Positions 45,924 through 53,633 of a DNA stretch of 64,000 nucleotides are shown piece after piece. The notes beneath the pieces are model-generated. The model was not told where the DNA came from, did no database searches, and was given only the letters and a program-made list of their open reading frames with translations. The position numbers and the translations under genes were made by a program. The first letter of the stretch is position 1. Each line of letters opens with the position of its first letter. The stretch is from the IMG/VR virus record IMGVR_UViG_3300050821_009835, positions 62,001 through 126,000 of that record; one strand, 5' to 3'.

Positions 45924-48900
45924 TTAGAAATTAAGGAGATCAGCCTGCTTCAGTGCTTTCAGAATCGCATCAGCATTCGGCGGTAGAGTAACAATTAAAG
46001 TGCCTTCGTCGTTTCCAGTCATATAGACTTTTCCATCTTTCTCTCTAAGGCGTGGGTCAAAGATGTGATAATCGTCAGCAGCATCTATCCCTTTACCTGT
46101 GCTCGGGAAGAACACATACTTGAATGTATCTACAGTAATGAAAGCCCAAGGGGATAAAGTGTCTTTCTGCCCAGTAGAGGGAATACTAATCGTTGCAACC
46201 TGCTTGGCCAAGCTGACCGGGAGATAAACTCTACCCGACTTAGACATGAAATAGAGAAACTCCTGGTCCGGATGCTCTTTCAAATAAGTACCCACCTGCT
46301 GAGCCTCTTGTTCTGCTCCCTTGCTATACCGTTTTTGAGCTTTTTCTTTTCCCACAGCAGGTAGTATCTCCATACCCGCCTGTTCAATTTCAGACAATGG
46401 CACAACTATACCGCCCGAGCTTTGATATTGGAGAGTATAGCTACCTGCAGGAAGTGTCACTACTTGAGCAGAGTAAGTTCGGCGAGTGATGCTAGACCCT
46501 GTTTGTAGAAGAACTGGAACAGGCTGAGTAATCTTTATCTTGGTGCGAGGAAGAGCGGCGTCTGGCACCTGATTTAATCTTTTTCCAATTTCATCTGTGT
46601 ATGAGACAAACGTGCTCTTCTCTTTCGAGATAGTTGGTAGAGGGAGTCCCGCATATTGTTCAGCCGTTATCTGTTCAATGTTTGGAGACCACATTAAACC
46701 GGAACCAGCCTTGTATTTGTATGGTTTCAGATCTACCCCCAATGCAGAAGCCTGTTTTTCAAATTCAGCCATCCAAGAAGGATTAGGTAACCCATAGAGT
46801 TGTAAACCCGCTAGCATACTAGATCTACGGATTTGTTGCTCATCCACAGCTGCTTTGTAGAACGAGAATGAAGCTGTTTTTCCGACCTCCTTGAACAGTT
46901 TCGGGTCCCAGAACACTTTGTGCTGATCTTTGTATTTTCCAGTGTTCACGCATTCCGTCTTACCTGGGCCTTCCGTATGGGATACAACTGTTTCTGCAAC
47001 GGGAGTACCATCAAAAGTAAAAACGAGCTTCTCCCCTGGCAAGCAGACGATGGGATGACGGAACGCCCAGAATTCTAGATTACCTTCAGGCGGTTCTTCC
47101 CAAAAATGTTCACGAGACGCCTTGGGAACTTCGATCTTGAAAGAGCGTTTCGTCATCCGCCCTGCCTTTTTAGAAGACTCCTTCGCGAGTTCCGCAGGAT
47201 CTAGATCCAACTTAAAAATCTCCACATGATCCGGCGTGAAGACTACACCCGGGATCTTCTTCCAGCTGTAACCGCCCCCGGTTTCATAGACGTTATGCGG
47301 AATGTCCACAGCATAAACTTCTTTACCGAACTCATTGTCCATGTAGACTATGACATAAGCATGATCATCACCCGGTTGTCCGCCTTCGGTCACGCTGCAC
47401 TCAATCGGGACCCGATCATAGACGACCCCGGTTATGGCCTGAGCGATCTCGTCACAGATTCCACCTGTTCCGTTCTCAGGATCCTCACCTGCTTCATTCT
47501 GGTCCCAAGCATCATAGATCTTCTGCGCTTCCGCTGCCATCTCCAGTGTAGCTTCTTGCAAGTAGTGAAGAAGCACAGTCCGGTTACGGGTGGCGGTATG
47601 CTCAAGGCATCCTCCGGACAGGCAAGCGACGCAGACCTTCGCAGCGATCCGAGAAGATGCGGCAGTCTTATGAGACAGAAACTTCTGCCACTCCACGCCA
47701 AATTCCTGAAGTGGGAGATTATCCGGCAGCTCTGTTAGCCAAAGATACAGAGCAACCGGGTCGACGTCCTTGGGCTTGATCACGTCATAGTGGTTGTCCA
47801 TGACACGAATGAGGCCGTTCTTGAGAGAAAGTCCGACGACGTTACCGAAAGTCACGCGCTGAAGTTCTCTATCAATGTCCGCGTTTGCAGTTTTGGAAGC
47901 ACTAAATTTTACAAATGCCTTATCCTGAATCTGCCTACCGTAAGCAATATCGTCCAGTATAGCACCGTCGTAACCTTGTTTCTGGAGTACCCGAACCAAC
48001 TGACTCACTTCCGTGCCGTGAAGATTGCTATCGAAAATCGAGGCAGGCGTATTCATCTCATTGTTAATGCCCAATTTAGAAGCTTCCGCTACGATGACAT
48101 CCCAAGGTGCAGGATTACTAATGGATATTTCTCCCTCGTTTAATTGCCCGCCCGTTCCGAAACGATCATTGTACATCTCAACATAGGACTCTGCCATTTC
48201 CTTGTTAGGAGTCCAATAAGTCACGGCCCCGCCTGGTTTGCTGTTGCCTCCGTTATACATCTTTGAAGCAATTTTGGACGCCAAGGTTAAGCTGTAATCC
48301 TTCTGCCCATGCGTTGCGCTGGGTGTCTCTTCAACTGGATGAGTCTTTTTCAAATCCTCCCAAATCTTTCCAGATTCTCCAATGCGATAGTTGGCTGGAC
48401 TCTCTACTTTCTTGACACCGTGTTCTTTGAGAAAGTCAAACCCCATCCTATAGAGGTAGGAGCCATATCCCTGCCGACGAAAATCGTATTCAACCCAAAC
48501 ATTATGGACAGCTGCGACAGTCCCTGGAGAATACACAATAAATTGAATCTTGCCAATGTAGACGCCCTGGAGATTTTTAGCCTCGAATGTATGGATTATT
48601 GCCCCAGACTTGACTCCAGCCTCTTTCTCAGTATGCTCAATCTGAATTTCTGAAGGATTTGCCGGCGCGGTTGCAGTTTTTCTGGTTCCAATGTATGCTT
48701 GGATGGTTTTATCACCGCGCATCTTAGCCGCATCCCGACGATGATAGCCGTCAACGACGTATTTATTGCTGCCAATAACGATTGGGGGTAGCGCGGTCTT
48801 GCGTTGCGAGTATCCCCAAGCCACTGGAGGATGTTTACCCTGCCCCCAATGGATGCTGGGATCATTAATATCTATGGTCTGAAGAACGTACTCATCTGCT

Positions 48901-51374
48901 TCAGCTATCCATTCTGGATCTTCAAATGGTTTTCGTTCCCACCCCTTTTTATGGAGAGAGTTAACATACTCGAGCATTCCATCGGGGGTTAATAAACTTG
49001 GATATCGTTCATCGTTCTCCTTAGCTCGTTTGTTTTCTTTGCGCCCCCAAATTTCGATCGGCAGATTCCTTCCGATTATCAAAGCCGCTATAGCACGATG
49101 TTGTCCATTCAAAATAACCAAACGACCATCCTTTAACCGAGAAACAGGCACAGGCGGAGGGATGCTTCCCGCTTTCCACATATCCGCGTATTCTTGAGCT
49201 TTTTGTTTACTTCCCTCTGGGTTGTTTAATTCTTCTTGCGTATAAAGTTGACTTGGGTCCATTGAAGTCGTTTCTAGAAGTGTCAAACGACCGGCCTCAA
49301 ACTCCAACAAATCGTTGAAAGATTCATCTGTCGGCTCCATGTATTTTAAAGAATCATGACCCGAATGGAAAGCTGCTTGTTTATGACTTCCAAACGGAAC
49401 CCCATTACGCGCTCCATTGGCTCGAGAGAGCACGAGAGAGCCGCAGGAGAAGGAGATACCCTGCGCCCAATCTGACCCCTCGTACTTGTGAGCAACCTCT
49501 GGCTTCACGTAAGCGATAGTTACATGGGGTTTATAGGGAAAATCATCTTTACGATTTCCTATAGCAGAATCGACCAATTCATGGAGGACATGTAAATCTG
49601 CAGCATGAGCTTCGGCAACAATAGGAACTCCTCCGGCTTCAGATGCTGTAAAAGCATGCATTTTACCCAATACGACAGAAAAATTGTGCTGCTCACCTAC
49701 AGCCCAGGCCAGTTTTTCTAGATTCTCTTCCACACCAAACTTTACCGTAATGTGAGGATCATCTTCAATCCCCTTCACATCTAGATCCTCGGCAGGTATA
49801 CGGCGGGCTACAGCGAAGACATCGTCTCGTGCTGGACCAGATAATCCGATAATCACAAGAGGCTTCTTATCCTTGCCCAAATACTTAGCCATTCTGAGGT
49901 CGTAGCCCATCCTGCTGTTGCTGAAAGCAATTCTGACATCAGGGTATTTTTCGCGCAGACGCTCAAGAACTGGACGTATCTTAGTCTCCCCTTCAGAAGA
50001 GAAGGTGGAGATTTTCAATTCATGACGACCAGAATCTTGTACAAACTTTACAGCAGCTTCGAGTAACTGGCGAGCATACCCTCGTCCTTCATAACCTTTA
50101 CGAGTCGTGATATGCATTAACCAAAACTGATCTGGATTGTTTGGGTTAGGGTAGAGTTCACAATCTGCTACAATCTTGCCATCGTCAAGGATATCAAAAT
50201 GGGGTTCCTGACGAAGATCAGAATGACGAAGATACATTGTCTCTTCCATCAAACGGTTGTCTTCTTGCTGGAATTTGCGAATCTGTTCACCCTTCATGAA
50301 AACAGGTGGAGAGGCTGCGGTTTTAGCTGCGGTTACAGTCTTTAATTTATCGGGAGGATTTTGCCAAGCACCCCCATTTTCTTTCCACCCGATAATCGAG
50401 ACTGTAGTACCCTCTATTAAACGAATTTCTGCTTCTTCAGGGGCAGCTAGATTGCAATAAGCTGTTGCCAACCAGTCAACCTGACCTGGGACAACTGTTC
50501 CTTTAAAAACTAAAGCTGCACCCCCCATAGCATTGTAAGGCTGGGCTGCATTTTCTTCCCAAGACCAAAACTTACCGAAATTATCTGGATTTATCTGATT
50601 TATGGAAGCAGAAATAGCTCGATAAACGGGTAACCGATTTGTCCTGGCGAGCTCCTTAAGATGCTCTTCAACAGGGGCATAGGAAAGTTCTAGAAACTGC
50701 TCTGCTGCAACCTCGAGTTGCTCTTCGGGTAAGTTTTGATTGATATTATTTTCCCGAAGATACTGATGAAATTCTCCAGAAGGAATTGTATCCCAAAAAC
50801 CGCCGTAATTTAAGACTTGATCAAAGCTGGGAACACCCGAGGCTGCTTTAGATTCAATCCCAAACTCCTCGGGCATCATCAATTCAAGAGGGATAAATGA
50901 TTGAGTCCCTTTCTGCTTCTCAGGCTGATTGACATATCCGTTAGTCTCTTCTACGAAAGTTTCGTCTCGTCCGGGAGTCTGTTTGTGGGTTGCGGTCTTC
51001 CTAGATTCCCGAATAGGACTTCCCATTTCCGTTTGATAGATGTTAATCCGTTTTATCAATTCTTTAGGAATTTTCTTACCGGGGTAAACCCAAGTTACAT
51101 TATCCTCTAAAAGGACTATTCCCTCCTCCAACTTAGAAGGGTCTACAACAACGATAGCAATTTCATCAACCTCAGCATATCTGGATCCCCAATGAGCAGC
51201 ATAATCTAAATCCTCAGCGAAGTAGATCCCTCCGTTTGGGACATAAAGACCGTCGCGCTTGATTTTTTCCACATTTTCCACCGGGGTGCCATGGAAAATT
51301 TCTGGGGGGAAATACTTAGCGACGACGCCTTTTGGCGCGACACTTAGCCCCGGCTTTTGCAACAAAGGATTCAT
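45924..51374 (-). CDS. Giant polyvalent protein (about 1816 aa): ART x3, GNAT x2, 2H phosphoesterase, ParB-like x2, papain-like, unknown domains
   Basis: FHGT; YRA...FWSW...EEAE; GYEGRGYA; HITV/HVTI; NGQHR; DGYHR; FRRQGYG; YNG...YWT...GYDG; GICD...DHAY...VDI. Start uncertain (51374 or 51392) and overlaps the JAB gene end. Confidence 0.85.
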   Translation of the reverse strand: MNPLLQKPGLSVAPKGVVAKYFPPEIFHGTPVENVEKIKRDGLYVPNGGIYFAEDLDYAAHWGSRYAEVDEIAIVVVDPSKLEEGIVLLEDNVTWVYPGKKIPKELIKRINIYQTEMGSPIRESRKTATHKQTPGRDETFVEETNGYVNQPEKQKGTQSFIPLELMMPEEFGIESKAASGVPSFDQVLNYGGFWDTIPSGEFHQYLRENNINQNLPEEQLEVAAEQFLELSYAPVEEHLKELARTNRLPVYRAISASINQINPDNFGKFWSWEENAAQPYNAMGGAALVFKGTVVPGQVDWLATAYCNLAAPEEAEIRLIEGTTVSIIGWKENGGAWQNPPDKLKTVTAAKTAASPPVFMKGEQIRKFQQEDNRLMEETMYLRHSDLRQEPHFDILDDGKIVADCELYPNPNNPDQFWLMHITTRKGYEGRGYARQLLEAAVKFVQDSGRHELKISTFSSEGETKIRPVLERLREKYPDVRIAFSNSRMGYDLRMAKYLGKDKKPLVIIGLSGPARDDVFAVARRIPAEDLDVKGIEDDPHITVKFGVEENLEKLAWAVGEQHNFSVVLGKMHAFTASEAGGVPIVAEAHAADLHVLHELVDSAIGNRKDDFPYKPHVTIAYVKPEVAHKYEGSDWAQGISFSCGSLVLSRANGARNGVPFGSHKQAAFHSGHDSLKYMEPTDESFNDLLEFEAGRLTLLETTSMDPSQLYTQEELNNPEGSKQKAQEYADMWKAGSIPPPVPVSRLKDGRLVILNGQHRAIAALIIGRNLPIEIWGRKENKRAKENDERYPSLLTPDGMLEYVNSLHKKGWERKPFEDPEWIAEADEYVLQTIDINDPSIHWGQGKHPPVAWGYSQRKTALPPIVIGSNKYVVDGYHRRDAAKMRGDKTIQAYIGTRKTATAPANPSEIQIEHTEKEAGVKSGAIIHTFEAKNLQGVYIGKIQFIVYSPGTVAAVHNVWVEYDFRRQGYGSYLYRMGFDFLKEHGVKKVESPANYRIGESGKIWEDLKKTHPVEETPSATHGQKDYSLTLASKIASKMYNGGNSKPGGAVTYWTPNKEMAESYVEMYNDRFGTGGQLNEGEISISNPAPWDVIVAEASKLGINNEMNTPASIFDSNLHGTEVSQLVRVLQKQGYDGAILDDIAYGRQIQDKAFVKFSASKTANADIDRELQRVTFGNVVGLSLKNGLIRVMDNHYDVIKPKDVDPVALYLWLTELPDNLPLQEFGVEWQKFLSHKTAASSRIAAKVCVACLSGGCLEHTATRNRTVLLHYLQEATLEMAAEAQKIYDAWDQNEAGEDPENGTGGICDEIAQAITGVVYDRVPIECSVTEGGQPGDDHAYVIVYMDNEFGKEVYAVDIPHNVYETGGGYSWKKIPGVVFTPDHVEIFKLDLDPAELAKESSKKAGRMTKRSFKIEVPKASREHFWEEPPEGNLEFWAFRHPIVCLPGEKLVFTFDGTPVAETVVSHTEGPGKTECVNTGKYKDQHKVFWDPKLFKEVGKTASFSFYKAAVDEQQIRRSSMLAGLQLYGLPNPSWMAEFEKQASALGVDLKPYKYKAGSGLMWSPNIEQITAEQYAGLPLPTISKEKSTFVSYTDEIGKRLNQVPDAALPRTKIKITQPVPVLLQTGSSITRRTYSAQVVTLPAGSYTLQYQSSGGIVVPLSEIEQAGMEILPAVGKEKAQKRYSKGAEQEAQQVGTYLKEHPDQEFLYFMSKSGRVYLPVSLAKQVATISIPSTGQKDTLSPWAFITVDTFKYVFFPSTGKGIDAADDYHIFDPRLREKDGKVYMTGNDEGTLIVTLPPNADAILKALKQADLLNF

Positions 51375-51861
51375 AGTTCTTCTTTCGTTCAACTGCTAAT
51401 GGACGAAGGCACGGCCAATAGCTCACAACCGTCTTCCGCCTACTACCATCTTTTGGAATTTGAATAGCACAAACAGCCAAAATCGATTCTTGCGTGTTCA
51501 AACTGTCCCGGATATCGTGTTCGCTTAAAACCGCGTCGTCGCAATCGGGGTGAGTATGAATCGTCCCCAAGAACTCGAGTTTGATTCTTCGACCAGATAC
51601 AGAGTCATAGATCTCCGTGTCCTTGGCATCATCCTCATGCCGATCTAGTTCTAGGTCTTCATCAATGCAGACTACTTTACGAGTGTTGGTTTCCTTTTTA
51701 TTGATGTCGCATTTAATGAAGGCACAAATGTACACTGTGTCTCCACGGACATAACCCCATAAAGCCGAAATGGTTTCTTTGGGGGCATAACGCAACGCTC
51801 GCCGACGAAAGCGCCCTTCTTCCCTGCCGTCAACAACGACTTTCAAGAAAGGTGCGATCAT
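51316..51861 (-). CDS. JAB/MPN+ metalloprotease
   Basis: Catalytic E (KETIS) and HxHx7Sx2D motif (IHTHPDCDDAVLSEHD); SD AAGGA. Confidence 0.85.
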   Translation of the reverse strand: MIAPFLKVVVDGREEGRFRRRALRYAPKETISALWGYVRGDTVYICAFIKCDINKKETNTRKVVCIDEDLELDRHEDDAKDTEIYDSVSGRRIKLEFLGTIHTHPDCDDAVLSEHDIRDSLNTQESILAVCAIQIPKDGSRRKTVVSYWPCLRPLAVERKKNYESFVAKAGAKCRAKRRRR

Positions 51862-51870
51862 CTTAGTTCC

Positions 51871-53448
51871 TTAGTTTAAAATACTATTCACCATGGTCGT
51901 TACTCGACCTTCTGTTTCGCCCCGGCGCTCACATAACTTCTGCAAGCGAGTTTTCTTTGCTTTCTTGACTTTAATCTCAAAATCCTCGCTCGCTGTAAGA
52001 TGATACCGCGCTGCAGCAAGCCTACGTTTTAAATGAGCCACTACCCCTGTTTGTAACGGGCAGCCCGTGCGACGCTCAATCTCTCCTTGCAGTTCGTCAA
52101 TGCTTGATTCGCCCGCACCAACCAATGCTCCCAGCATTTCCAGAATCTGAACTTCAGCCTCAGACAACTGGCCCATGCTCGGCTTATAGCCCAAGTCATG
52201 GTTCACCTCTTGCAAAGCATGCATCAGAATGGAAGCAGCCTGAATTTCTACAACCGTGCCCTCATACCAAACAGTATAGTGGAGTGCTCGATAAATCTGA
52301 CCGTCTTCTGGATCAGCATCGCGTGGAAATTCCTTTACGGGTCTGGCCTGTTCAAAATTTGATTCAATGATCGCTCGAACCTTTTCTTGATCATGAGGGA
52401 AATACAATGCTACACGTACCCCAGCCAGGTCCTTAATGTCTTGCTGAATTGCTGCCAAATCCTCATACTGATTTTTGTTGTTACGATTCATTAGCTTATC
52501 ACGCAAACTTCTCGTACGTTTGGCACGGCTGGTGACCAGCGCCTTAATCTTGTCTGCTTGGAATATATCCTCAAGAAACTCTTGCACCTCCAAAGCCACG
52601 TGTTCGTAAAACTCGAAATCGTAACTATCGAGGAACCGCATAATGAGCTTGGGAACACTGGCAGAAGTCTTCAAAACAGTTCCTATGGAATCTGATCCTC
52701 CATCATGCTTTAACGCTTGTCTTATTCGAGAATCAAAATTAATCGGGTATTCGGTGAGTTCGTATAATTTCTGTACCATAGCGGTTAAAACTCCCGCATG
52801 TTGTAGATCTTTTGCTACTTCATATCGACCCAATCGCGTTCTTCCAGAAATAATTGTATAGGGTAACTGTCCGGCTGTTCTCCCTTCCAACAGTGCAGTC
52901 AATACTCCCGAGGTCTTGTATTCTTCTTCTGAAATGATGTAATTCGAAAAATGCAATTTACTGATAAGTTCAGGATTATAGACACCCTTCAGATGCTGAT
53001 CTGCACCCGTCTTATTCACCTGATTTTGATTCTCTGCGACAGCGTCAAAGAGATACTTGAGAGGAATCTCGTCAATGTCCCCAAGATTCTTGTCTCCCCA
53101 CATATCGGTGTAGCATTTCTCTGCGCTCAAGAGATCCGGGAAGCCAAGGAACACTTTGTATTCGTCAAATTCACCTTTATCGTCAAGTTGTTCAACAGCA
53201 TAGGCATATTCAGCCGATTCATCTTCTCCGACATACACATCCACTGGTTCTTGATCCCCGGATCCAGAAGTGGCGGGAATATATCCATAATCTGCCAACA
53301 TTTCTTTCTCCCAATGAGTTCCATCGGGTAAATCTCCCTCTCGAATTCCTCCCTTTGGGGTTTCGATGATTATCGGCAGCCCCTGGTAAGAAGACGGTCG
53401 ATTAACGTCTCCGCTTGCTCTCTTAAGGAATGTAGCAGTCAAACTCAT
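51871..53448 (-). CDS. Polyvalent protein: pyrophosphatase-like domain + RelA/SpoT nucleotidyltransferase (small alarmone synthetase-like)
   Basis: IETPKG...DYGYI...D.EPVDVYV (PPase fold); RAKRTRSLRDKL, DLAGVRV, YRALHY, VEIQ, EVNHDLGYK (RelA/SpoT). Confidence 0.85.
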   Translation of the reverse strand: MSLTATFLKRASGDVNRPSSYQGLPIIIETPKGGIREGDLPDGTHWEKEMLADYGYIPATSGSGDQEPVDVYVGEDESAEYAYAVEQLDDKGEFDEYKVFLGFPDLLSAEKCYTDMWGDKNLGDIDEIPLKYLFDAVAENQNQVNKTGADQHLKGVYNPELISKLHFSNYIISEEEYKTSGVLTALLEGRTAGQLPYTIISGRTRLGRYEVAKDLQHAGVLTAMVQKLYELTEYPINFDSRIRQALKHDGGSDSIGTVLKTSASVPKLIMRFLDSYDFEFYEHVALEVQEFLEDIFQADKIKALVTSRAKRTRSLRDKLMNRNNKNQYEDLAAIQQDIKDLAGVRVALYFPHDQEKVRAIIESNFEQARPVKEFPRDADPEDGQIYRALHYTVWYEGTVVEIQAASILMHALQEVNHDLGYKPSMGQLSEAEVQILEMLGALVGAGESSIDELQGEIERRTGCPLQTGVVAHLKRRLAAARYHLTASEDFEIKVKKAKKTRLQKLCERRGETEGRVTTMVNSILN

Positions 53449-53633
53449 TGGAATCCCAATCTTACAGTAAAAATTATGAGGGGGTTTAGAAAATCCTCTC
53501 TAATTGAGTGTGCCGTATATGTTGGATCTCCGACAGAAGCGGTATTACATTCACGTCGCGAGTTTTAGAAACGATCCCGTTAGTTCGAAAATCATGGGAC
53601 TTCTAAACTAAATAGAAGCACATTTCACTCAAC

